From assembly GCA_049320885.1 (NCBI GenBank), contig JBMORA010000043.1, forward strand, positions 9,354-73,353: a stretch of DNA of 64,000 nt, in the 5' to 3' direction. This DNA is from Thermodesulfobacteriota bacterium (lineage in GTDB: Bacteria; Desulfobacterota; Desulfobacteria; Desulfobacterales; SURF-7). Positions within the stretch are counted from its first letter, which is position 1, and each line of letters starts with the position of its first letter. Below are positions 1 through 9,938 of this stretch, in pieces. The notes below the pieces were generated by a model. It searched no databases. It was not told the origin of the DNA and saw nothing but the letters and a program-made list of their open reading frames with translations. Made by a program: the position numbers and the translations under genes.

Positions 1-2652
1 GAACGGATGCCGGACTTGCCCTCCGTCTCCCCCGACGCCCTGGCCAGCCTCAAAACCCTGGGGGAAATCGTGGCCCATGTGACGCGCGTCAACCAGCAGC
101 CGGAAGAACCTCTTACCGCCAGCGATCATTTCAGCCGCCTGGATGTTACTTACACCTTTCCCGCGGAACGGGAAACAGGGGAGGAACCGGTTGTTCCCCA
201 GGTTCTCCGCAGGATCGTCAGCCCGCTGGAAAGATCGGCACCGGCCGGCCGGACGCCGGTGATTCCGGGAGATCATCCCGTTTGCATCCTGGACGACGGC
301 AACGGGCTCGGCAGGTCCATTGCCGCGACCCTCCACGGACGCAATATCCGGACCGAACTCATACCCCGGGAAGCGCTCCATGAAATCGACGCCATGGAAA
401 CACGCTATCCCAGTCCGGCCGGTTTGATTCTCATCCCGGATGTGGATCTCATCAGCGATCGCTTCAGCCGTCCGAACACCTGGAATGAAAGCGACCGGCA
501 ATTCCTGCAACTGGCGTTTCAGCTCGCGAAAACCTTCGGCCCGCGGTTGATGAAGATTGGTGAGAACGGCGCCGCCGTGTTTGCCGTCATCACGCGCCTG
601 GACGGCTGCTTCGGTTTCCGGGGTCAGGGCGTACTTCATCCGTTGCACGGCGGGCTCGCCGGGCTGGCGAAGACGGCGGCCATTGAATGGCCCAAGGTCC
701 AATGCAGGGCCATCGATGTGGATCCTGCCTGGAAAGGCCATGACGACATCGCCGTCAGGATTGCGGACGAACTCTTCCATGAGGGTCCGGTGGAAGTCGG
801 GATCACGCCGTCGGCCCGGTATGAACTCGGGCTGCAAACCGCACCTCCTCCGGAAGGCAAAATCGACCTCGGACCAAAGGATGTGGTGGCCATCACCGGA
901 GGCGCCAGAGGCGTTACCGCCGCCTGTGCTTACGCCCTTGCGAAACATGCCAAACCTGCCATTGCCTTGCTCGGCAGATCCCGGCCGCCGTCACCGGAAC
1001 CGGAATGGCTGCTTTCCCTTAACGACGAAGCGGCCATCAAGAAAGCGATTATCGCCCATGAGTTTGCCGACGGCTCCGCCACGCCCCTTGCGGTGGAAAA
1101 AGCCTTCAAACGTCACATGGCCAATCGCGAAATCGCCCGCAATCTGGAAAAGTTGAAATCCACGGGCGCACGAATCCGCTATTATTCGGTAGATGTCCGG
1201 GATCCATCGGCCGTGGGCGAGGTATTGGATCACATCCGCGGGGAACTGGGTCCGGTCAGCGGATTGATTCACGGCGCCGGCGTCCTCGAAGACCGGTTGA
1301 TCATCGATAAAACACCGGCCCAATTCGACAAGGTTTTCGGTACCAAGGCTGGCGGACTCAAGGTGATGCTGGAAGCCCTTTCCCGGGATTCCATCCGGTA
1401 TCTGGTGTTGTTTTCGTCCGTTGCCGGCAGAATGGGCAACAAAGGGCAGGCGGATTACGCCATGGCCAATGAAGTGCTCAATAAAATCGCCCAGCAGGAG
1501 GCTTTTCACCGCAAAAAATGCCGGGTGGTGTCCATCAACTGGGGTCCCTGGGACGGCGGCATGGTGTCCCCTTCCCTGCGGCGCGAATTCAAGAAGCAGC
1601 GGATCGACCTGATTCCCGTGAATTCCGGTGCCATGTGCATGCTGTATGAAATGATGGGGGACCGCACCGCGCCGGTTGAAGTGGTGATCGGCGCCGGATT
1701 ATTGCCGGACGAGCGCTCCGCCGTCGGCAGGGAAACGAATGCCGGTGCCGCCGGCTCCGCAATGGAAAAACCCGCTCCGCAACAAAAAACGGCTAATGGG
1801 TCTGGCCACTTCCGTCAGATCGTGGATCTGGATACCTACCCCATTCTGGAAGCCCATGTCCTCGGTGGCAAACCGGTTGTGCCTTTTGCCTTGATGGCGG
1901 AATGGATCGGTCATGGCGCCCTGCGGCGCAATCCGGAGCTGTTCCTTCACGGAATCGACGACATGCGTCTTTTGTCAGGTATCAAGCTGAACGGTTTTGC
2001 CAGGGAAGTAGTGCTCCTGACCGGTCAACCGGAAAAGGTCGACAACTTCATCAAAGTGCCGGTGGAGCTGCGGAACAGCGACGAGGGGGAGACCGGTACG
2101 ATTCATGCCCGCGCCACCGCGATCCTCGCGGATCATCCGGCCTTGCCCCCCGCTTTTTCCATACCGGCGGGAATCGGTTCCTCCCCGTTTCCGAAATCCA
2201 CCCGGGAAGTGTATGAACAAGTGCTGTTCCACGGAAAACGGTTGCATGGCATCAAGGAAATCGGGGCCTATTCCGAAAAAGGCATGATCGCCCGGCTGGC
2301 TTCGGCCCCCCTGCCCCAGGAATGGATTCTGTCCCCCTTCCGGGATACCTGGCTGTCCGATCCGCTGGTGCTGGACGCTGCTTTCCAGATGGCCATTTTA
2401 TGGTGCCATCAAACCATCGGCCGTGTATCGTTGCCGAGCTACAGCGCCTGCTACCGCCAATATTCGCCCCGATTTCCGCGGGAAGACATCCTTGCGGTGC
2501 TGGAGGTCACCCGTTGGACCGACCACAAAATGGAGGGCGATTTCACCTTCCTGGACCAGGACCATCAGGTTGTGGCCAGATTGCAGGGATACGAGGCGGT
2601 GGTGGATGCTTCCCTGATGAAGGCCTTTAAACCGTCGACCGCGGAAGAATGA
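1..2652 (+). CDS. pfaA: PUFA-synthase/type I PKS subunit PfaA-like, C-terminal part (ACP tail, ketoreductase, PKS-type dehydratase); 5' truncated by the window edge
   Basis: The frame is open from base 1. It begins with an ACP-like tail (LPSVSPDALASLKTLGEIV). KR motifs: TGGARGVT, HGAGVLED, GQADYAMAN, SINWGPW. DH motifs: HVLGGKPVVP, DAAFQ. Stop overlaps the next gene's start (ATGA). Confidence 0.88.
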   Translation, partial: ERMPDLPSVSPDALASLKTLGEIVAHVTRVNQQPEEPLTASDHFSRLDVTYTFPAERETGEEPVVPQVLRRIVSPLERSAPAGRTPVIPGDHPVCILDDGNGLGRSIAATLHGRNIRTELIPREALHEIDAMETRYPSPAGLILIPDVDLISDRFSRPNTWNESDRQFLQLAFQLAKTFGPRLMKIGENGAAVFAVITRLDGCFGFRGQGVLHPLHGGLAGLAKTAAIEWPKVQCRAIDVDPAWKGHDDIAVRIADELFHEGPVEVGITPSARYELGLQTAPPPEGKIDLGPKDVVAITGGARGVTAACAYALAKHAKPAIALLGRSRPPSPEPEWLLSLNDEAAIKKAIIAHEFADGSATPLAVEKAFKRHMANREIARNLEKLKSTGARIRYYSVDVRDPSAVGEVLDHIRGELGPVSGLIHGAGVLEDRLIIDKTPAQFDKVFGTKAGGLKVMLEALSRDSIRYLVLFSSVAGRMGNKGQADYAMANEVLNKIAQQEAFHRKKCRVVSINWGPWDGGMVSPSLRREFKKQRIDLIPVNSGAMCMLYEMMGDRTAPVEVVIGAGLLPDERSAVGRETNAGAAGSAMEKPAPQQKTANGSGHFRQIVDLDTYPILEAHVLGGKPVVPFALMAEWIGHGALRRNPELFLHGIDDMRLLSGIKLNGFAREVVLLTGQPEKVDNFIKVPVELRNSDEGETGTIHARATAILADHPALPPAFSIPAGIGSSPFPKSTREVYEQVLFHGKRLHGIKEIGAYSEKGMIARLASAPLPQEWILSPFRDTWLSDPLVLDAAFQMAILWCHQTIGRVSLPSYSACYRQYSPRFPREDILAVLEVTRWTDHKMEGDFTFLDQDHQVVARLQGYEAVVDASLMKAFKPSTAEE

Positions 2653-5600
2653 TGCAGACGAACAAAAGAGCCCCCATTGCCGTTGTCGGCGTTTCCGGTA
2701 TTTTTCCGGCTGCGCCGGATGTCGATGCCTACTGGCGGAACATCGTCAACAGGATCGATGCCATCCGGGATGTCCCGAAGGATCGCTGGATTGTGCCGCC
2801 GGAAGCCATCCACCATCCGGATTATGTCCCGGATAAGACCTGCACCATGCGGGCGGGCCTGATCGATTCGTTTGTTTTTGACCCCACCGGTTTTTCCCTG
2901 CCTCCGGACCTGCTGAACGAACTGGATCCGTTATTCCAGATCGTACTGACCGCCGGCCGGGAAGCGCTTGCCGATGGAAAACTCACCTCCATCGAGAAGA
3001 AACGGACCGGGGTCATCCTGGCCTCCATCGCCCTGCCCACCGACGCCTCTTCCTTCTTAACCCGGGCAATCATGGGCCGCGCCTTTGAGCATCGACTGCT
3101 GCGGCAACTGCCTCCCCCGATCCGGGAGGACGGCCGCCAAGACTCCTTTTCGAAGCTGTCCCGCAACCAATGTCTGTCCGCCCGGGTGACCGGTCTTTCC
3201 GGCGCCGTTCTGACAAAAGGCCTGGATCTGGGCGGCGGGAGCTACACCCTGGATGCTGCCTGCGCCTCTTCCTTGTACGCCGTCAAGCTGGCTTGCGATG
3301 AATTGATCGCGTTCCGCGCGGATGCCATGATCGCCGGCGGCGTATCAAGGCCCGAATGCCTGTATACCCAGGTGGGGTTCACCCAGCTGCAGGCCCTTTC
3401 CCCCACCGGACGCTGCGCGCCCTTCGACCGCAGCGCCAACGGATTGGTGGTGGGGGAAGGTGTCGGTCTCCTGGTGCTGAAACGCTTGGAAGACGCCATC
3501 CGCGACGGCAACACCGTCCTGGCGCTGATCCACGGAATCGGCTTGTCCAACGATATCGGCGGAAATCTGCTGGCCCCGGACAGTGAAGGCCAGGTGCGGG
3601 CCATGCAAATGGCCTATGATCTGGCGGGCTGGTCTCCCGAGGAAATCGATCTGATCGAATGTCATGGGGCCGGCACGCCGGTGGGCGATGCCATCGAACT
3701 CGCCAGCCTCCATCGACTCTGGCGGGATGTGGATTGGAGGAAAAAACAGTGCGCCATCGGCTCCATCAAATCCATGATCGGCCATCTGCTGACCGGAGCC
3801 GGGGCCGCCGGATTGATCAAGACGGTTCTGGCGCTGAAACACCGCATTCTGCCGCCGTCGCTGCATTTTTCCGAACCGGCGGAGAACAGCCCCCTTTTCG
3901 ACAGCCCCTTCCGGGTTCAAACCGAACCGGCGGAATGGCTTCCCGGAAAAAACAAATCCCTGCGCGCCGCCGTCAGCGCTTTCGGATTCGGCGGCATCAA
4001 CGCCCACCTCCTGCTGGAGTCCTTTCAACCGGAGGCCCGCAATGGAGTCGGTCCCGGGCTGAAACCAACCGCGGACCCGGGTCCCATGGAAACCGGCGTG
4101 GCTGCGTCCTCGGTTCTACTGCGGGCTTCCGAGCCGTCCCGGTCCGAGGATCATCCGCAACCGGACGTGGCCATTATCGGCATGGGCGGTCTGTTCGGCC
4201 GAATCCCTTCGCTGCGGGAGTTTCAGGAAGTTCTGTTCAACGGCCGTTCGGTGATGGCCCCCTTTCCTTCGGACCGCCTGCGCGGGACCCGGGAAATCAC
4301 CGCGCTCCAAATGGGAAAAGCCAGTTTCCATGGAAATATTTTCGAGGAACTCACAATCCTGATCGGTGAATTTCATATTCCACCCAATGAAATCCCGGAT
4401 ATTCTTCCCCAGCATCTCCTGATGTTGAAAGCCGCGGCCAATGCCATCCATGACGCCGGCCTGCCCCATCGCCAGGAACGGCCCCGGATGGGGGTGACCA
4501 TCGGCATGGAATATGATTTCGGAGCCAACGATTTCCATCTGCGCTGGAATATGCACAATGAAGTCCGCAAATGGGTCCGGCAGTTGGAACTCCCCCTGAA
4601 CGATGACCGGATGAAGGCATGGCTCGAGGCCCTTCGGGATGCCGCGGGACCTCCCCTGACCTCGGCGCGAACCGTCGGCGCTCTGGGCGGAATCATTGCC
4701 AGCCGGATCGCCAAGGAATTCCGCCTGGGCGGCCCCAGCTTCGTCGTTTCCTGTGAAGCCGCATCCGGGCTGAAGGCATTTGAAATCGGCATGCGTTCCC
4801 TCCAGCTGAATGAAACGGACCTGTTTTTGGTCGGAGCCGTCGAGTTGACCGGCGATGCGAGAAACCTGTGCATGACTCACGGCATCAGGCCCTATTCCGC
4901 GGCGGACGTGGTCAGGCCTTTCGATGCGCAGGCATCCGGCGGCCTGCCGGGAGAAGGGGCCGCGGCGGTGGTGCTCAAACGGTTGGACCAGGCCGTCAAG
5001 GACGGGGATCGGATTTACGCGGTTGTAAAAGGCATCGGCTCCGCCAGCGGCGACGGCATCGTGACGTCCACGCCCTCGCGGGAAGCCTATCTGCTTTCCC
5101 TGGAGCGGTGTTTCAAGGACGCCCGGATTGACCCGGCTACCATCGGGTATGTGGAAACCCACGGCGGCGGAACCCCCGAGGAAGACAGGCTGGAAGCGGA
5201 ATGCCTGTCCGCTTTCTTTCAACATCCCGGCGATGCGGACGGTCCGGAAACGGATTGTGACGACAACAGCATTGCCGTGGGATCGGTGAAGGCGAATATC
5301 GGTCACACCGGCGCCCTTGCCGGTCTTGCCTCCCTTGTCAAAACCGCCTTGTGTCTCTACCACGAAATCGTGCCGCCCCTCCCTTTTTTCGAGACCCCGC
5401 CAGCGGGTGCCTGGGCCTCCGGCCGATTCCATTTCCCCAAATTTCCCCATTACTGGCTGAGGGATCGGCAAAACGGCCCCAGACGGGCGCTCATCGGGTC
5501 CATGACTGCCGACGGCAATTGCCAGCAGGTTGTCCTGGAAGGTTTCGACTATCCGACAGAATCCCTGAAGGAAAGCCTCCAGGCTCAAGTGGCGGATGAA

Positions 5601-8600
5601 CGCAAACGTCCCCTGGGCCGGAAAACAAGCGGTCTGTTCGTTGTGGAAGCGGGAAAAAAGGAAGACCTGATCCATGGCCTGGAAGAACTCTATCAATTTG
5701 TGCATCGCTTCGCCGATCAGCACGGGAACCTGGAGCAGACCGCGGCAGCCTGGTTCCAGCGGAACCAACTTGATTTCGGGAAAAAATACGCAGTCGCGCT
5801 CCTGGCGGACAACAGCCACAACCTGGGCAAATGGATCAAGGAGGCGCAAAAAGCCGTGGAAGCGGATACGCCCCGCCAGATCACCGGCGCCGGCGGGTTC
5901 AAATATACACCGAACCCGATGGGCGGTACAGGGGATATCGCCTTTGTTTTTCCAGGATCGGGCAATCACTATGTCGGGATGGGACGCGGCATCGGCACCA
6001 CCTGGCCGGAAGTCCTGCGCGGGTTGGATGCCGGCACCCGGCAGTTGAAAACCCAGCTGATCCCGAGCTGTTATGTCCCCTTCCGCCAATCGTGGCCACC
6101 CGGCTGGGAAACCCAGGCGCATGAAAAAATCGTGTCCGATCCACTCCATATGATTTTCGGCCAGGTTGTCCATGGCGGGGTGATGGCGGAACTGATCCAG
6201 ACCTTCGATGTCCATCCCCAGGCGGTCATCGGCTACAGCCTGGGCGAATCCGCGGGGTTGTTCGCCATGAAAGCATGGCCGGATCGCGGCCATATGCTTG
6301 AACGCATGGACCAGTCGAATCTGTTCCGGACCGAACTGGCCGGGCCTTGCAATGCGGCCCGGAAAGTATGGCGGGTGCCTCCGGGCGAAGAAGTGGACTG
6401 GACGGTGGCGGCGGTCAACCGTCCGGCATCGATTGTCAAGGAGGTGATCCGTAAATTTCCCGCGGCCGAACTGCTGATCGTCAACACCCCCGATGAATGC
6501 GTGATCGGCGGAAGACGCCGCCAGGTGGAAGCCGTGATCAACCGGCTGGGATGTGACGCCTTTTATCTGGAGGGCGTGGTCACGGTTCACTGCCAGGCCG
6601 CCGTGCCAACCAAAGAGGCTTACAAGGAACTGCATGTGTTCCCCACCACCCCGCCTCCGGGAATCCGTTTCTACAGCTGCTCGTTTGAGAAGGCCTACGG
6701 GCTCAGCAGTGAAAAAGCGGCCACCTCGATTCTGAACCAGGCGCTTTTCGGGTTCAATTTCCCCAATACCATCCAACAGGCCTACAAGGACGGGGTCCGG
6801 GCCTTCCTGGAAATGGGGCCCCACTCTTCCTGCACGCGCATGATCGGCAGTATTTTATCGGACCAGCCGCATCTGGCGGTTTCCGCCTGCGCCAAGGGCG
6901 AAGATGACTATATCACGGTGGTCAAGTTTCTGGGAACCCTGGCGGCCGAGCGCATACCGGTGAATCTGGAAAAATTGTACGGAGAAAAAGCGTATTCCCG
7001 CCCCTTAGAGGCCGGTCGAACCGCCGCCGCCGGACGGGCGATTCGTCTGCTGCTGGGGGGGGAAGCGCCTTCCCCGCCATTGCCGGAGATCGCGAAGCAG
7101 GCGCCTTCGGTGGAAATCCCGCCGGCGATGCCGGCCGCCGCAGCGCCGGAACGGACCGGTGTCGTTTCCGCCCTGCTTGTTCCGGCTGCCTCCAGGGGCA
7201 GGGGGATCCCGACGCCGGGTCGCATGCCGGATCATCCCTGTGAGGAGCTCTTCCAGCCGCTTGCCGAAACCATCACGGCCAATGCCCTTGTCCACGATGA
7301 GTTCCTGAATTTCTCCGATTGTCTCAACCGGACGTTTACATCCGCCATCGCCTTTCAACACCGTTTGATCGAACAAATCCTGACGGCTGGGAATCAGGAG
7401 GGGCCGGCCTTGCGGGGTCAGGAGAGCTTCTCCAGCGCCCAGCCTTCGGAACAGATCGCACTTTCCGGCGTAATAGCGAATCCAGGCCTGCCATCCAATG
7501 GTCGGCTGAATTCCCCCGGATCACCGGGAGCCGCTCCGACGGCAACGGCGAAAGCCCCGGCCTTTTCCAGGGAAATGTGCATGGAATTCGCAACCGGCTC
7601 CATCGCCACGGTGCTCGGCCCGCAGTTTCAGGTGGTCGATACGTACAAGGCCCGGGTGCGACTGCCGGATGAGCCCCTGATGCTGGTGGACCGCATCATT
7701 TCCGTGGAAGGAGAAAAAGGTTCCCTGGGACCGGGCCGGGTGGTTACCGAACACGACGTTCATCCGGATGCCTGGTATCTGGACGGCGGCCGCGTTCCGG
7801 TCTGCATCGCCATCGAAGCGGGACAGGCGGATCTCTTTCTCTGTTCCTATCTGGGAATCGATCTGGCGGTGAAAGGCGAACGGACCTACCGGTTGCTGGA
7901 TGCAGTGGCCACGTTTCATCACGGTCTGCCGGAACCGGGCGATGTGATCCGCTATGAAATCCGGATCGACCGGTTCATCCGTTCCGGCGCGACCCACTTG
8001 TTCTTTTTTCAGTTTAACGGTTACGTGGGGGATCGGCATATCATCAGCATGCGCAAAGGCTGCGCCGGTTTTTTCACGCCGGAGGAGGTGAAAAATTCCG
8101 GCGGGATCATCCTGACCGAGGAAGAAACACGGGCCGTGCCCGGGAAAAAACCGCTGGACTGGCATCCGCCGGTGCCCATGAAAGTGGAAAGCTACAGTGA
8201 GGAAGCCGTTGATGCGCTCCGTGAAGGCGACGTCGGCCGCTGCTTCGGCCCGCCATTTTCCGGCATCACCCTGGCGAAATCCATCCGTCTTCCCGGCGGA
8301 CGCATGCGCTTGATTCACCGCGTGTCTGCCCTTGATCCTGCCGGTGGACGCTTCGGTCTGGGGATGATCCGCGCCGAAGCGGATATTCAGCCGGAAGACT
8401 GGTTCCTTACCTGTCATTTTGTGGATGACCGGGTCATGCCCGGCACCTTGATGTATGAATGCTGCGCCCATACCTTGCGGGTATTGCTCCTGCGTATGGG
8501 CTGGGTCACGGACAAGGAAGGGGTCTGTTACGAGCCGCTGCCGAACGTCGGGGCTGTGTTGAAATGCCGCGGTCCGGTCACTCCCGAAACCCGCACGGTG

Positions 8601-9938
8601 ACTTACCAGGTGGAAATCAAGGAAATCGGTTTCAACCCCGAGCCCTACGTGCTGGCGGATGCACTGATGTTCGCGGATGGGGACCGGATCGTCATGTTCC
8701 GGGACATGTCCATGAAAATGACCGGCCTGGATCGCAGGGAGCTGGAGGCATTCTGGCTCTCCCATCATCGGCAGGGGGCCGGCCCCCGGATGGAGCATCC
8801 ACCGGAGCGATATTCCCGTGAGCAGTTGCTCGCCTTTTGTGAAGGCAATCCCTCGGAAGCCTTCGGTGCCCCCTATCGGGTTTTTGATCGGGAACGGGTC
8901 ATCGCCCGCCTTCCCCGGCCGCCCTATTTTTTCATGGATCGCATCACCAGCGTTGAACCCGCGCCGTGGATCCTGAAACCGGACGGCTGGATCGAGGCGG
9001 AATATGCCATCCCTCCCGATGAATGGTATTTCAGGGCCAACCGTATCCAGTCCATGGCTTTCTGCATTCTGCTGGAAATCGCCCTGCAGCCCTGCGGATG
9101 GCTGGCGGCTTATGCGGGGTCGGCCCTGCGGAGCGACAAGGACCTCAAATTCAGAAATCTGGGCGGAACCGCGATCCTGCACCGGAATCTGTTTCCGCAT
9201 TCCGGTTTGCTGACCATGCGGTCCCGGATGACCAAGGTTGCCGAAGCCGGCGGAATGATCATCGAGGACTTCGATATGGAAGTACTCCAAAACAATGAGA
9301 TGATCTATCGGGGAAAAACCAATTTCGGTTTTTTTTCAAAGGAAGCCCTGGCCAATCAGGTGGGCATTCAGAATGCATCCCGGACGGGATACCAGCCGTC
9401 CGATCACGACCGGAAAAGCGGCTTCGAATTCACCTTCACCGATGAAGCGCCGCTGTCACCCGATGACCCGGCGATAACACCCTCCCGTTCCGCCGCCCTG
9501 CCTTCCAAAGCCCTGCGCATGATCGACGAAATTTCCATCTATTCGCCGGATGGCGGTCCCGAAGGCCTCGGTTTTATCCGCGGCATCAAACAGGTCGATC
9601 CCGACGAATGGTTTTTCAAGGCGCACTTCCATCAGGATCCGGTTTGCCCCGGCTCCCTCGGCGTGGAATCGTTTCTGCAACTCGTCAAATTCATTGCCCT
9701 GGATCGCTGGCAGGATCTGGCCGCAACCCACACCTTCGAGATGGCCACGGGAATCGAACACCAATGGATTTATCGTGGTCAGGTGGTTCAATCCAACCGG
9801 ATCGTAGAAGTGGACGCCTGGATAACCAAGGTCGACACCGATCCTCACCCGATGCTGCTGGCCGATGGTTTTTTAAAAGTGGACGGTCTGTACATCTACC
9901 AGATGAAAAATTTCGGGATCCGGCTGGTGCCGAACTAA
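2649..9938 (+). CDS. pfaBC: PfaBC-like fused PUFA-synthase subunit: KS, chain-length-factor KS, acyltransferase, four FabA-type hot-dog DH/pseudo-DH domains
   Basis: Active KS (DAACASS, ECHGAGT, GHLLTGAG). Second KS lacks the catalytic Cys at the aligned position (SCEAASG). AT motifs FPGSG and GYSLGE. FabA motifs CHFVDDRVMPG and AHFHQDPVCPG, each preceded by a His-less pseudo-domain. Confidence 0.9.
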   Translation: MMQTNKRAPIAVVGVSGIFPAAPDVDAYWRNIVNRIDAIRDVPKDRWIVPPEAIHHPDYVPDKTCTMRAGLIDSFVFDPTGFSLPPDLLNELDPLFQIVLTAGREALADGKLTSIEKKRTGVILASIALPTDASSFLTRAIMGRAFEHRLLRQLPPPIREDGRQDSFSKLSRNQCLSARVTGLSGAVLTKGLDLGGGSYTLDAACASSLYAVKLACDELIAFRADAMIAGGVSRPECLYTQVGFTQLQALSPTGRCAPFDRSANGLVVGEGVGLLVLKRLEDAIRDGNTVLALIHGIGLSNDIGGNLLAPDSEGQVRAMQMAYDLAGWSPEEIDLIECHGAGTPVGDAIELASLHRLWRDVDWRKKQCAIGSIKSMIGHLLTGAGAAGLIKTVLALKHRILPPSLHFSEPAENSPLFDSPFRVQTEPAEWLPGKNKSLRAAVSAFGFGGINAHLLLESFQPEARNGVGPGLKPTADPGPMETGVAASSVLLRASEPSRSEDHPQPDVAIIGMGGLFGRIPSLREFQEVLFNGRSVMAPFPSDRLRGTREITALQMGKASFHGNIFEELTILIGEFHIPPNEIPDILPQHLLMLKAAANAIHDAGLPHRQERPRMGVTIGMEYDFGANDFHLRWNMHNEVRKWVRQLELPLNDDRMKAWLEALRDAAGPPLTSARTVGALGGIIASRIAKEFRLGGPSFVVSCEAASGLKAFEIGMRSLQLNETDLFLVGAVELTGDARNLCMTHGIRPYSAADVVRPFDAQASGGLPGEGAAAVVLKRLDQAVKDGDRIYAVVKGIGSASGDGIVTSTPSREAYLLSLERCFKDARIDPATIGYVETHGGGTPEEDRLEAECLSAFFQHPGDADGPETDCDDNSIAVGSVKANIGHTGALAGLASLVKTALCLYHEIVPPLPFFETPPAGAWASGRFHFPKFPHYWLRDRQNGPRRALIGSMTADGNCQQVVLEGFDYPTESLKESLQAQVADERKRPLGRKTSGLFVVEAGKKEDLIHGLEELYQFVHRFADQHGNLEQTAAAWFQRNQLDFGKKYAVALLADNSHNLGKWIKEAQKAVEADTPRQITGAGGFKYTPNPMGGTGDIAFVFPGSGNHYVGMGRGIGTTWPEVLRGLDAGTRQLKTQLIPSCYVPFRQSWPPGWETQAHEKIVSDPLHMIFGQVVHGGVMAELIQTFDVHPQAVIGYSLGESAGLFAMKAWPDRGHMLERMDQSNLFRTELAGPCNAARKVWRVPPGEEVDWTVAAVNRPASIVKEVIRKFPAAELLIVNTPDECVIGGRRRQVEAVINRLGCDAFYLEGVVTVHCQAAVPTKEAYKELHVFPTTPPPGIRFYSCSFEKAYGLSSEKAATSILNQALFGFNFPNTIQQAYKDGVRAFLEMGPHSSCTRMIGSILSDQPHLAVSACAKGEDDYITVVKFLGTLAAERIPVNLEKLYGEKAYSRPLEAGRTAAAGRAIRLLLGGEAPSPPLPEIAKQAPSVEIPPAMPAAAAPERTGVVSALLVPAASRGRGIPTPGRMPDHPCEELFQPLAETITANALVHDEFLNFSDCLNRTFTSAIAFQHRLIEQILTAGNQEGPALRGQESFSSAQPSEQIALSGVIANPGLPSNGRLNSPGSPGAAPTATAKAPAFSREMCMEFATGSIATVLGPQFQVVDTYKARVRLPDEPLMLVDRIISVEGEKGSLGPGRVVTEHDVHPDAWYLDGGRVPVCIAIEAGQADLFLCSYLGIDLAVKGERTYRLLDAVATFHHGLPEPGDVIRYEIRIDRFIRSGATHLFFFQFNGYVGDRHIISMRKGCAGFFTPEEVKNSGGIILTEEETRAVPGKKPLDWHPPVPMKVESYSEEAVDALREGDVGRCFGPPFSGITLAKSIRLPGGRMRLIHRVSALDPAGGRFGLGMIRAEADIQPEDWFLTCHFVDDRVMPGTLMYECCAHTLRVLLLRMGWVTDKEGVCYEPLPNVGAVLKCRGPVTPETRTVTYQVEIKEIGFNPEPYVLADALMFADGDRIVMFRDMSMKMTGLDRRELEAFWLSHHRQGAGPRMEHPPERYSREQLLAFCEGNPSEAFGAPYRVFDRERVIARLPRPPYFFMDRITSVEPAPWILKPDGWIEAEYAIPPDEWYFRANRIQSMAFCILLEIALQPCGWLAAYAGSALRSDKDLKFRNLGGTAILHRNLFPHSGLLTMRSRMTKVAEAGGMIIEDFDMEVLQNNEMIYRGKTNFGFFSKEALANQVGIQNASRTGYQPSDHDRKSGFEFTFTDEAPLSPDDPAITPSRSAALPSKALRMIDEISIYSPDGGPEGLGFIRGIKQVDPDEWFFKAHFHQDPVCPGSLGVESFLQLVKFIALDRWQDLAATHTFEMATGIEHQWIYRGQVVQSNRIVEVDAWITKVDTDPHPMLLADGFLKVDGLYIYQMKNFGIRLVPN

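Noticed and set aside
4116..9290. Long minus-strand ORFs (902 aa and 589 aa) inside pfaBC
   Set aside because: Antisense shadows of a GC-rich coding strand, with no recognisable motifs.
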